Positions 24,760-37,645 are shown, counted from the stretch's first letter. The stretch is DNA of 64,000 bases from Octopus vulgaris (GCA_951406725.2 OX597817.1:22692001-22756000); one strand, 5' to 3'. Notes: generated from the sequence alone by a model not told the origin. Translations and numbers: made by a program.

Positions 24760-27700
24760 TGCACATGCGTCGGTCTATTCGCTGTGTTGATTATTGACGA
24801 GTTGGACGAGTCGAACGGAACTTTTTGTGCTGCTTGGCAGCGGTTTGTCACTAGAAGTTATATCAGTTGAAAAAAATGTGTTCAGACCTTAGCGAGTGTG
24901 AGCTGTCCTCAGCGGAGGAGGAGCTCGTTAAGGTGGTAAATAGAATGGACGAGCATTCGGAAAGAGTAAAGAGTTTTGCTGATGCTGCAGAGGTGAAGAA
25001 AAGGGATGTGAACCTAGCCGGACTGAAGGAGCTGAATAAGATAACACATAAGGTGGGCGGTGACGTAAAGTAATTACCCCCGAAACGGGTTATGGAAAAT
25101 ATGGAAAAGAAGACCATTACTTACAATATGTACTCAGTGGAGAGCAGGAAGTTGGAACAGATGGAGATCGAAAAAAATAGAAAGGGCTAATAGCGAAAGG
25201 AAGTAGATATGGGACGGTGGTTGTCCAGATTGGGACAGCGTAAGAGGCAAGGAGGCTGGCGAGGAATTGGCCAACGGCTACTCGGTGAGTCCTCTGAAAA
25301 CTGAAGAGATGGCACTTTTACCAACCTACATGGTGAGGTGCACTTCCCTTGTAAAGGTGACTGAAGTGCAACCAGAAGTCGATTCAAGGGAGGTGATGGC
25401 CGCACTAATGTTTAACAGGCAGAAGAAAATTAAGTTTCTACAAACTACATGCTCTGCACACCAGAACTGGCTGGGACAGAGCATTTCAGCTATTATTCAC
25501 CGGAAGATATTGAAATGCTTCCGGATCGGGTACTAGTGGGGGAGAATGTGGCCCTTCGGATACAAGTCTAAGGGAAGAAACTCACTTGTTATGAATGTTG
25601 AAAAAGGGCCACTTTCTTTTGAATTGTGAAGTAAGGAAGCAAAAAGAAGAAAAACGAAAAAAAAACAGCATTGTACAGACACCAGGAAAAATTCTGCCAC
25701 ACCCTCTGTTGTTGCGGCAGCCGACAAACAAACAAAAATACCCATCCCCTGTATACACAAGACCCAACAATAACAAACCTCCACCCCTTTGAAACATGAG
25801 GCACCCAGTGATAATGAAAATGCGACTCCCCCAGACGACACCATGGAGGTGGCCGAGTAGGAGTTTACGACAGTTCGTGACTTCCGCATCCACATTCCCT
25901 ACAAAAGAAAACAACAGTACGTCATCACAGATAACAACAAAAAAAACCACCCCATCGCCACAAGTAAAGTAAAAACAGAAAAAAAAATACAGATTGAGTA
26001 TAATACAAAAGACAGCTATTTGGAAGAGGTCATTAAAAATCACCATACGATGGAACTTTTCCCGCAACATAGGGATATGAAAGAGAGTTGTGTCTGGATT
26101 GGGGAAACACTATACAGGCAACTGAAGGAGGGGCGTCCTAAACGTATTAGAACAATGGCAACCCTATTAGGGTAATTAAAAGAGAAGAGAGGGGCTATCG
26201 CACGTGTGGTGAGATCAGCCCCAACATCACCAGTCAAGAGTAAGTAGAACCCTTGCATTTTCCCCCTTGTTTTGGCTTTGCTTAACTTGGGGTGCTTGAA
26301 TGTGCGTGGTCTGAGCTCGAAGTGGAAGCATGCCTGTTTCCTCGACGACCTCAGATCACATGATATACATGTGATGGTTGTTACATAGACTAAGCTGGAC
26401 AATCTACAAGCCTTTTCGCCCCACCTGAACGGCTATGAGAAAATCATGTCTCCTAGTCAGACCGGAGGTCGATGGGGCGTATTAGTACTCGTCGGCAAGG
26501 CTTGGCTCTGCAAACAAGTACAGTTTATGAGGACCCCGAAGGTTAGTTGGTCGTCCTTGATATGACACACAGCGGTAAGGCCTTCTGTGCTAGAGGATTA
26601 CAAACTGATTTTTTATCGGCGCCTGGAGAACTTTCTCGTGACATCGAATACACTAGTGGTGTTAGGAGACTACATCGCTATCGATAACGCACGCATCGAT
26701 AGCGTAGGCTCAATCGATATGAAATTGAACTCACGTTTCGTAGATCTGCTTAAGCGACTTCAGCTATCAGATCGGTACAGGCTTGACCATCCGAACGTCC
26801 CAGGGTGGACCTGGATGAATAATGCCTGAAGGTTCAAGTCTTACTTAGATAGGATAGGGATAAGAACTAGATATAAGGTTAGCTTCAGCTGTCCATAGCT
26901 TGTGCATGTGTCCTTCACTGACCATAGGTTTGTTAAGTGTAGGCTGAACATATAAGCGCAGTTAAGATAGGATCCGGTTACTAGAAGCTAAACAAGTCTA
27001 TTTTGACTTGCGAGTCATACCGTAGCCACATTAAGGAATTAGTACAGAGGGCGATAACGGCTCCGTGGTTAATAACCGTTGGTGGTTCGCCCTTAAGAGA
27101 GCCATTCGTTTTGAGTCTGACAAGACTAGACAAGGCCAGAGTAGAAAGGCAACTAGTTAAGGACTTAGAGGAGGCGTTGTGTTTGGGATCTGCATCCCAC
27201 ATTTTGGCAGCGAGAACGGCCTTGGACCGTCACCTCAAAGCAAAACATGAGGGATGTAGAGTTAGGGCTAAAGTGCGAGCCCATGGCCATGAAGGATTTT
27301 ATGTTGCTGGATGGGCCTTACGGTAGAAACCCAGCGTGGCAATGATGCCACAATTAGGTCTCTGATTGATGACAATGGGAGTACGGTCGAAGGACGGGAC
27401 GAGACATGTGAGGCGCTTTACAAGCACTTTTCCGAGTTGTTCGCGAGGAGTGGGAAGCTAGATCATGGTGAGGCCCTTACGTACTTTCTGTATGGCGGCC
27501 TGCGGACTTTTATAGCAGGTTAGTGGGATTTATGTTCGAACATGCCTTGTGGAAGACCATAGGCTACGATGAAAATCAGTTGGTCAACCTGTTCAGGAGA
27601 ACGGACGTTTGGGGTATCTGTATAATTACCACACATTCCTGTTTTGCAATGCTTCCGTGCGGCGTTCCCTGTTCGTGACAAACTGTAAAGGCACGGAAAT

Positions 27701-28348
27701 ACCGTGTCGCCGACATGTCCGAGGTGCGGACAGGACAGGGAAACCGTCTTGCACGCATTTATGGAATGTCCGGAATTAAAGGGACTGATAGTTTTCACAG
27801 AGCAACTATTGGCCTATTGGCATCGATAGGAAGAGTACAACTATCAGCTGAGTCTATCATCGGGATTGTGCCGCCTCCTTCCCTTAGTGGGGAGAGGGAA
27901 GCCTGTTTTTTTTTCTGTGTGGTATTAAAAGAAACGGTATGGAAAACACGCGTGAAAGGAATAGTGGCGGGTACCTTTGTATCCGGCCAGGGGTAGGTCA
28001 ACGTTTTTAGTTACGACCTCATTAGTAAGATTAGGCTGGAGGAGAGGTACCTGTCACGAGAGAGATTCGGAAAAAGATGGAAGCTTGTTGTAAGAAAGCT
28101 GGGAGTGATTGGCACCAAGAAAGTGGAGCCCGGAAAAAAAGCAAAAGTTCTACCCTGGTGGAAGGACGCCTTTCCTTCAAGCACCACATTGTGTAAAACA
28201 ACGTCTATCGTTATTTTTATAAATTTCTTTTAAATGTTCATGATAATTTCAATTCATTCGTAAAAGCTACTTCACCAGTTTTATGTTTGTCTGTCCTTGT
28301 TTGTCCCCTCTATATAACGCCATCGTTGCAAAGTTTTAAGAAATAATG
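24760..28348 (+). mobile_element. Tx1-clade LINE with both ends, RT domain deleted, inserted in a SINE A head
   Basis: ORF1 relic with a frameshifted CCHC knuckle (CYEC..KGHFLLNC, 25587-25628). ORF2 motifs NLGCLNVRGL (26284), VLGDY, SYLDR, FTDHR and GY*KLNKS, plus zf-RVT CPRCGQDRETVLHAFMECP (27716-27772). The TSD TAGCTTGCTTAC lies at 24748-24759 and 28349-28360. Confidence 0.9.
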
Positions 28349-28838
<490 letters not shown>

Positions 28839-28917
28839 GTGTGTGCGTGTGTGTACATATATAGCGAGGTATGTATGTATTTATATGCATTTATGTGCAT
28901 ATATATATATATATATC

Positions 28918-28957
<40 letters not shown>

Positions 28958-30108
28958 GTACAGACTGAGTGAGTGATAGAGGGATATAGAGGGAGAGTCG
29001 ATCAATATACTCTCCTTCGTCAGGGGAGTGGAGACAAAAATTCTTGTCAATTCATAATTTTATAACTTTACAATGGTTCAACGGAGATGTTAGCAACATT
29101 TTCTGTTATTTGCCTATGACCTGTCCATTTACACTTTTACATTATATGCATATTTAATTGCTGGCTATCAAATCCGGAGTCGAAACTTTTACCATGACTA
29201 GAGTTCGTCTAGAAACTACATAATTACTGTAATAGTATGAAGTATCCAGCAAGAAGATAATTAATGTCTACTAGAAACAATTTTATCCCATTTTAAATTC
29301 TGTGTCTGATATTAACATACATGAGGTGTAAAAATGCTTCCTAGAATCTTTCATATTTATAAAATGTTAATTCCACGCCATGAAGATGTTAAAGTTAACT
29401 AGGAGAATTTTGCCACCTTTAGTTGTATGCTTCCGGCAATATCCTTGCCATTTTATATCAAAAGCTAGATTATAGTTGGACAATTTTCTCAAATTGGACT
29501 TGATGCCACGTCGTATCACATCGATCTTGATTGAAACAATTTCAGTGTCAGCTTTATTTATTATTTACAGCATCGACTGATCTATCTCATATACCAATCT
29601 TAATTGTGTTCTCTTGGTAATATAAAGTGACCATAACAAGCCTGCAAAAATGCATTTGTACATCGTGTCTGCTTTGTTCTGATCTACCTAATGACTGTAA
29701 AGTGTTTCATTGGCATTTAAATAATTTCTGTCAGTTCCCCATTGCCACCTCATAATGTGTATTTCCAGTCAAAGTTTGGAAATAAAATTATATTACAGAA
29801 CGGAAGGTGACTCGTATCAAAGCAGAGTGAGTAAATACATATGTCTACCTATAGACAGAACTAATTTTACAATTCAAAATATATTGACTATTTCACTGTG
29901 GGTTTCTCTAATGCCACATTTAACTCAAGAAAAAAATTATTTTGCCTTATCTACTTTTAGTTTAACCATTTCTCTCTGTTTTGCATATTTTATGATCAAC
30001 ACAGACGATGAGAGAAACATCTTTGACATACATACTAAACTAAAGTTTCGTAAGTATCGATCGCGAAACACATAGTTTAGTTTGTATAATAAATACTTGC
30101 TCCTATAA

Positions 30109-30830
30109 GGCTCAGTGGTTCAGTGGTTAGAGCTTCGATCGTGAGGTTGTGAGCTCGAATTTCGGACCAGGCTGTGTGTTGTGTTCTTGAGCAAGACACT
30201 TTGGATTTTTTCGGTTTGAACGGCAGTTTTTTCTAGCGGTGCCATATGAAATTGTCACCCATAATTATGACCCTAGTATCGATCTATTGCATTTCAATTT
30301 GTTTTAGGGTTAGTTAGGGTTAGGGGTGGGGGAATGGTATCTTTTTTCTTCACAAATGTAAATAAATCCAATGTGTTTCTTAAACAAGGGACATATTCAT
30401 ACGGCACAGAATGTTTTTTTTACCACAATAGACGTCAGTGATTGGTTGAAATTGCAGAAATTGAAGAAGAACGACAATTTTATAAACATTCTACACATTC
30501 CACAAGTATAAGAAGTTTAAGATTTTTTAGTTACCTAGAAATTATGTTAAAAACTGCCGTTCAAACCGAAAAGATCCGACACATTATTTCACGTTGATCC
30601 AGCTAACTCAGCTGTAGAAATGAGTTGCGACGTCACAGGTGCCACTCTATATCGGCCTTTGCCTTTCCATTGGATAACACTGGTGACGTGGAGAGGGGAG
30701 GCCGGTATGTATGGGCGACTGCTGGTCTTCCATTAACAATCTTTCCCGGACTTGTGCCTGGGGGGGGGGTAACTTTCTAGGTGCAATCCCATGGTCTGTG
30801 TAGTGACCGAAGGTGGGGGGGGGGGGTCTC
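30109..30830 (+). mobile_element. tRNA-derived CORE-type SINE family C, split by a MITE
   Basis: Homologous to 43423-43764, with TGTTGTGTTCTTGAGCAAGACACTTT and CTCAGCTGTAGAAATGAG. Confidence 0.85.
30203..30577. mobile_element. 375-bp MITE, Merlin-like
   Basis: TIRs of about 28 bp, GGATTTTTTCGGTTTGAACGGCAGTTTT / AAAACTGCCGTTCAAACCGAAAAGATCC. The 8-bp TSD is GACACTTT/GACACATT, with GG..CC termini and internal TTAGGG-like repeats. Confidence 0.85.
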
Positions 30831-30835
30831 AGATA

Positions 30836-31029
30836 AGGCGTTGAGCCGGCGGAAACGTTAGCACGCCGGGCGAAATGCTTTGCGGTATTCCGTCTATCTT
30901 TATGTACTGAGTTCACATTCCGCTGAGGTCGACTTTGCCTTTCATCCTTTCGGCGTCGATAAATTAAGTACCAGTCGACTAACCCCACCCCCTAAAAATT
31001 TTGCGCCTTGTGTCTATAGTAGAAAAGAA
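30836..31029 (+). mobile_element. SINE family B (alternative tail)
   Basis: Family B head and central domain with the tail CCCCCTAAAAATTTTGCGCCTTGTGTCTATAGTAGAAAAG. Confidence 0.85.
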
Positions 31030-31092
31030 ATACTTGCTCCTACGTTAAACTGAATTGAAAAAAAAAAACTGTTGAGATATGTTAATATTTAA

Positions 31093-31490
31093 GGCGGCGA
31101 GCTGGCAGAAACGTTAGCACGCCGGGCGAAATGTCTAGTGGTATTTCGTTGCCGCTACGTTCTGAGTTCAAATTCCACCGACGGCGACTTTACTTTTCAT
31201 CCTTTCGGGGTCGATTAAATAAGTACCAGTTACGCACTGGGGTCGATATAGTCGATTTAATCCGTTTGTCTGTCCTTGTTTGTCCTCTCTGTGTTTAGCC
31301 CCTTGTGGGTAGTAAAGAAATTGGTATTTCGTCTGCCACTACGTTCTGAGTAGAGATTCCACCGAAATTGATTTTTGCCTTTCGTCCTTTCGGGTCGATA
31401 AATTAAGTACTAGTTGCATTTTGGGGTCGATCTAATCGACTGCCTCCCTCCCCTTCCCTAAAAATTTCGTGCCTTCAGTAGAAAAGAATA
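31093..31490 (+). mobile_element. SINE family B dimer (Tx1-tail unit + alternative-tail unit)
   Basis: Junction GTAAAGAAATT|GGTATTTCG at about 31322. Confidence 0.9.
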
Positions 31491-33234
31491 TATAATTATT
31501 ATTTGATAAAATGTTCTCTGCTGCTATAATTCAGGTCTTTTGTACCCTATTAAAGTATATAGCATAGATTCTCTGTCGTTCTGTTTTGTAATCGTTTAGT
31601 TAGAAGAACAAAAAAAAAGATTATCCTTAGCCAAGCTCCGAATGCATGTAAATGGTACATTGAAAACATCAAGTATTAAGCATTCGTGCTAAAATAGATG
31701 ATGGCATGTGTCTACTGTCCACGGACAGAAACGGCCACTTTATAGGTTAACACAGAGACTATGTCTTGCAAATTGAACTCAACGGTTTTCATAAACCCAA
31801 ATCTATAGTTAGAAACACTTGCTCAAGGTTTCAAACTGTGAGTTTGAATTGGAAATCGCGTCATTTCAAATTGAAATTCTTACGCATGCAGTCTTACCTG
31901 CATAGATTGTATTCTTTATCAGTGACTGTGAGAATAGTGCCATACATTGTTAATAATATTCAATGATAAAGGCTCATAGTTCTTGCTTAGAGATTTTATA
32001 TCAAAATACATAGTTACTAAAATAGCCTTCTTTGGCGAGATTACGTCCATTTCCCTTTCAACAAGTCTTTAAATTTTATTATGACAAATACGAATACTGA
32101 AGCAGATTCAGGGAGATAATTCACTTCTATATTGAATGTAGTTTTACTACTACATTCCTAAATTTTACATGAAAGAGTATTCTGTCTGGCATTTTGCATC
32201 GATTGTTAGTGAGATATGTGAAGAGTTTTTTCGTTTAAGTATTATTACAATATAAGCTATAATTAATTAAACAATTACAATTGCATATTTGCAGAGGAAA
32301 AAATTGTTTCATACACAAAGAAGACATTAAAATTCTTTAACTTACACTGTTGCTATGGGTAATAATGTGCTTCTTTAATAAATTTGATGTTGTGAGAAAT
32401 GCCGGTGGGGGAAATTAGGTAAAATCTTAATGCAGTTAATGCGGGGTGTGAGGTTGGTGCAACATATGGATGACTAAAGGAAGGGGATGATTAAGTCTGG
32501 TTGACTGAGTGAATGAAGGTGACGCAAGATTAGTAAGCTCAGAGAGACAGGAACTCCTACAGCTGCAGTGAATATGGCAAAGAAGAGCTTGCTTTTGTGT
32601 CAGGCTGGTATGCATGTCTTGATGCTAATTATAATTAAAAAGGATCAATGTATTTTGGAGTTATAATCTGGTCGAACAAAGTATCTGCAGATTAAGCAAT
32701 AATTCTAGATATGCGCACCCTTTAATCGTATTGGAACCTTATAACAGAAACAGAAATCTTTTTTATAATTTTTATTATTAGGTATGAGACTAGAAACTTC
32801 TTTGAAAGGATTATAGTTTGGATTACGATTAGGCATTACATTTAGGTTTTATCGATCTAATAAAGATTAAAGACGAGAACGAGATACTGGAATTTGGAAT
32901 TTGTTGGAAGATACAATGATAATGCTAAAGTGTTAATTTTTCTAAGGTAATGTTTTATTTGTTTTAATACTTTATTGCCCTTGAAATTTTGCAATAAAAC
33001 ACTATTTTAGCAAAGGCACAATCAGCTACAAGCTTCCATAAATTATATGGAAGATATAAATTACATTAATTGCAGTATATGAGAGATACATATTTCATTG
33101 TCCTTTGAATAACAAGTAAAGTTGATTTCTATAGGATTTTAAGTTCAAACTGTAAAATATTGGGTTGTCAGAAATATTCGTTCCCTTTTGCAATTATTTT
33201 AATCCTTAGTTATTCATCAACAATTTCAACAAAT

Positions 33235-33480
33235 CAACCAACAATATATTCTTCTTTGTTCGCGATTTCTTGCTAATATTCCATCATCTGGTGAATGCCT
33301 TGTAATCATCAGGTCTTGACTCGAAAAATTCATGGAGTCATATTTTCAGTTTCACGTCGTTGCTGAACGAATCGCGTTGGAAACTGTTGCAAAGCAACCA
33401 ACTAAAGTTACAATCTGAATGAATTATATCAGAAGAATATGGCGATAAGGTAGAATATCTCAGTCAAGTTGTCGGGTCTT
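33235..33480 (-). mobile_element. mariner transposase C-terminal relic
   Basis: The minus strand reads ILP..PYSSDIIHSDCNF (cf. HPPYSPDLAPSDY), LHEFFESRP and EEYI. Confidence 0.65.
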
Positions 33481-33807
33481 TTCTGTTGCTGTCACAGTTT
33501 TTATTGAGTGACATCAAATTTGGTATATTAATGTCATTTTTCACGCTAAATCTTATTTTGTTTTTCACTTTTGTGCAGTTCTTTCAGTGATAGCATCTTC
33601 TCCAGACACCAAGGTGTCTGGAGAAGCTCTGGCAGTTTAGAAACTTGATTGAGGGCGAAAAGAAAGAGGTATAAAAAATCTCCTTTTTTTCTACTTGGAA
33701 CTCCTACGTCATATGTAAGAAACGAGGTGAAATTCCTTCAAATTACAAAACCGATTGACAACAGTAGTAAAGCAAGAATAGATTTCACAAAATTAAAAAA
33801 AAGGCTT

Positions 33808-33964
33808 AGGAGGGGCTATGTGGTAAAAACGTTTGTTTCCCAACCACATAGTTTCGCTTTCAAACCCATTGCGTGTTACCTTGAGCCGATTTGTTCTACT
33901 GTAATCTCAGGCCAACTAAAATCTTTTGACTGGATTTGGTAGACGAAACCGAAAGAAGTCTGTC

Positions 33965-34022
<58 letters not shown>

Positions 34023-34240
34023 ATTATTTGCGTCTATGTTTGTCCCTCCCACTATTTCATGACAACCGGTGTTGACGTGTTTATGTCTCCGTAAATTAGC
34101 GGATCGGCAAAAGAGAACGATAGCATAAATACCGCTACTTTAAATCTAAGTAATGGGGTCGATTCATTCGACTAAAACGTTTCAAGGTGGTGCCCCACCA
34201 TCGCTGCAGTATGACGTCTGAAGCAACTAAGGATAATAGA
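33808..34240 (+). mobile_element. diverged SINE family A
   Basis: TGGATTTGGTAGACGAAAC, internal (TG)n and TTAGCGGATCGGCAAAAGAG. Confidence 0.8.
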
Positions 34241-34477
34241 TAAACGACAAACAAAGACGATGATAAAATATATGTTTACGTTCATTCATGTAACATTGCA
34301 AAGAAACTAACGAACCTCGCTTGCGATCTGATATCTACCAATCGACAAGTGTTTTCCGATGTGAAGTAGAATAATCATTAATCTTGTTGATAAACTAGTC
34401 ACTCGTTTTGAAATATCCGTCACTGACTTGCTTCTCTTCCTTGAATGTTGATTTATGCCTACATATATATATATATA

Positions 34478-34852
34478 TACTCCTTTACTCTTTTACTTGT
34501 TTCAGTTATTTGACTGCGGCCATGCTGGAGCACCACCTTTAATTATTCTTTTTTTTCGGGACTTATTCTTTTGTAAGCCCAGTACTTATTCTATCGGTCT
34601 ATTTTGCCGAACCGCTAAGTAACGGGGACATAAACACACCAGCATCGGTTATCAAGTAATGCTAGGGGGACAAACACAGACACACAAACACACACACACA
34701 TATATATATATACATATATACGACGGGCTTCTTTCAGTTTCCGTCTACCAAATCCACTCACAAGGCTTTGCCCAAGGTGCCACGCAGTGGGACTGAACCC
34801 GGAACCATGTGGTTGGTAAACAAGCTACTTACCACACAGCCACTCCTGCGCC
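34478..34852 (-). mobile_element. SINE family A with internal deletion
   Basis: Reverse complement of the family A sequence, with about 38 bp missing near 34770. Confidence 0.9.
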
Positions 34853-35272
34853 TATAGAATAATCATAGAATAATCATATATATTGCCTGTGTTTTTATTT
34901 TCGAAATAGACTTTCTAATTTACAAACAGGAAGAATCGGAGTTTGGTTTGGGACCTCAGACAGGTATTAGAAAAAATGATCAGTTTGGAGAACTACAGAT
35001 AATTTCAGTTGCAAGCACGATTGTCTGTAAGACGTTGCAACAATATAAAACACAGCTGAAAGATACAAGGCTGGAAACGGCTACTTCATGGCGAAACAAG
35101 TTTATGAAGTGTTTGTGAATAGAAATTTAAGTCATTCGTGTTAAATCTTGTCAGCATTTGACGTCATCCTATTTGATATCTTATAAGCCTAGATATTTGA
35201 AATCGCGCTTATAAAATCGTAAAAAATATGTGCGGGTGCAGGCATTGATTATCTCAGACCAATGTCGTTTCA

Positions 35273-35423
35273 GAAGTGTCAATGGTTGTTGGAATAATGC
35301 TGAGAGTAAGGAAGTGTCAACGGCCGTTGGAATAATACTGAGAGTAAGGAAGAGTCAACGGCCGTTGGAATAATACTGAGAGTAAGGAAGAGTCAACGGC
35401 CGTTGGAAAAATAGTGAAAGTAA
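35273..35423. repeat. 38-bp minisatellite, ~4 copies
   Basis: GAAG(T/A)GTCAACGGCCGTTGGAATAATACTGAGAGTAAG units start at 35273, 35311, 35349 and 35387. Confidence 0.95.
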
Positions 35424-36189
35424 AGAGCTAATACAATATAAAATAATAATGACAATTTTTGATAGTGTTTTTATAGAGCAGAGATCTTTGCTGTTTGTTA
35501 GTATATTGGTCTTTGTTTAGCATACAACTTCGGAAATACAAAGTATCATAATCATTCTCGGTAGTCATCTGTGCAATAAAAGATGTAAATGATAAAATAA
35601 AAACGTGTAAGAAAATTTACAACTTCCATATGAAAATGGAACCTAAATGTATGGTAAGGTCTACTTCAAATACATAAGAACGTTGCCAATCAAATGAACA
35701 TCATTATGTGGCTAATTAATAAGCTAAACTTCTTCAATAAATATTTTCAGAGTTTAACTTTCATATATAGAATAGCTGAAGACGTGTAGGGGGTATAACA
35801 ATAAAAACTTAAGCATATAAAACAAAATCTGTGAAGATAAGAGCAATGTTTTAAACGTGGGGGCATCTTTTACTGATTTACTCTTGAATTCTCATGTGTC
35901 CATTAAAAAATATCTAGCTTTCAGCAACAGATAAGCTTGTGAAAGCTTATCTCTCGCTCAAGGCGCTTTCTTCTACTGTTAATATCTTTGAAAATTAGAA
36001 ATCTTCGTTAATCCTACTCAGTCCCAAATCACTTCTATGAAATCACAATAGACAATTCTTGTTTACTTTGAAAATTTAGTTTTCCGAGTTATGGCCAAAA
36101 TTTTAACACACACAAGAAAATATTATCTATGAATGGAAATTATCATTATTATTCTCCATTTCTTGGGCCCATGTGGCCGATACAAAATT

Positions 36190-36213
36190 TATTATTATTA
36201 TTATCATCATCAC

Positions 36214-36250
<37 letters not shown>

Positions 36251-36429
36251 ATCACTGCCTGGAATCGAACTCGGAATCTTGGGGTTAGTATCCCGCGCTC
36301 TTAATCTCTATGCCTGTGGCATAGAGATTAAGAGCGCGGTGGTTAAGAGCGTGGTGGTTAAGAGCGTGGGCTACTAACCAAAGATTCCGAGTTCGATTCC
36401 AAGCAGTGACCTGAATAATAATAATAATG

Positions 36430-36486
<57 letters not shown>

Positions 36487-36640
36487 TCGAAAATACCTTA
36501 GGAATGAGAACCTAGGTTCGAAATTTCCCCCAGGACACCTGATGAAGCCTGAAGGGTATATCAGCCGAAACGTTGTGTTAACAACAAACAAGATGAAGAC
36601 AAATATCCGTCAACTGTAAATAATGTAAATAATGTAAACT
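36190..36640 (+). mobile_element. tRNA-headed, hammerhead-carrying SINE-like element with inverted 5' duplication
   Basis: The plus unit has a tRNA-like head at 36318-36412 (GGCATAG.G.TTAAGAGCG...GGGCTACTAACC...GAGTTCGATTCC), (TAA)n at 36413-36484 and a tail with a hammerhead at 36534-36579. 36190-36314 is an inverted copy of head+(TAA)n around a 3-nt loop at 36315-36317. Confidence 0.82.
36534..36579 (+). ncRNA. minimal type I hammerhead ribozyme
   Basis: GACAC-CUGAUGA-A-GCCUGA-AGGGUAUA-UCAGCC-GAAAC-GUU-GUGUU. Stem I is 5 bp, stem II has one mismatch, and cleavage is predicted after 36574. Confidence 0.8.
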
Positions 36641-36958
36641 ATTAGATCTTATCCTGTGATAGTCGAGTGTATGTCAAAGAAATTAAGTAAACTGAGAATA
36701 TCAGGACATAAACAATGAGATAAAGATTTGCAAGTCACAATGCCGGAAATTGCTTCAGTGATAATTTTAACACACACAAGAAAACTACTACATCCAAACT
36801 ACTACATAAGTGGTGTAATGCGTTGAAATTCAGACACGTTGTGAATCTGCATAAAAGTGTCATCTTATATAATGCAGGAATCTTAAAAGAAAAATTCTTG
36901 AGATTTGAGAAGGTTTATTACTACTAAAGCTTCCTTGTATTTAAATTAGCATCTCTCT

Positions 36959-37358
36959 CTCTCTTTTACTTGTTTCAGTCAGTTGACTGCGGCCATGCTG
37001 GAGCACCACCTTTAATCGAGCAACTCGACCCCGGGACTTATTCTTTTGTAAGCCCAGTACTTATTCTATCGGTCTCTTTTGCCGAACCGCTAAGTGACGG
37101 GAACATAAACACACCAGCATCGGTTGTCAAGTAATGCTAGGGGGACAAACACAGACACACAAACACACACACACATATATATATATACATATATACGACG
37201 GGCTTCTTTCAGTTTCCGTCTACCAAATCCACTCACAAGGCTTTGGTCGGCCCGAGGCTATAGTAGAAGACACTTGCCCAAGGTGCCACGCAGTGGGACT
37301 GAACCCGGAACCATGTGGTTGGTAAACAAGCTACTTACCACACAGCCACTCCTGCGCC
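36959..37358 (-). mobile_element. SINE family A, full length
   Basis: Reverse complement of family A. Confidence 0.93.
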
Positions 37359-37480
37359 TATATATATTAGCTTTTGCAATAAAACAACAATAACAACAAG
37401 AAAAATAGAACGAAAAATAGTATACGATATCATGTCATTTTAATGTCATTTAAGAAGTGAAGCAAATCAGTGAGGATGTA

Positions 37481-37645
37481 GGCGCAGGAGTGGCTGTGTG
37501 GTAAGTAGCTTGCTAACCAATCACATGGTTCCGGGTTCAGTCCCACTGCGTGGCATCTTGGGCAAGTGTCTTCTGCTTTAGCCCCGGGCCGACCAACGCC
37601 TTGTGAGTGGTTTTAGTAGACGGAAACTGAAAGATGCCTGTCGTA

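Noticed and set aside
30304-30332. Interstitial telomere
   Set aside because: Only a few imperfect TTAGGG units, and they are internal to a TSD-bounded MITE.
32380-32620. L2/CR1-like ORF2 C-terminal relic on the minus strand (CLSEL...HPYV)
   Set aside because: The similarity is too fragmentary to support without alignment.
35273-35423. 38-bp repeats as a CRISPR array
   Set aside because: The units are contiguous with no unique spacers, there are no cas genes, and the context is eukaryotic.
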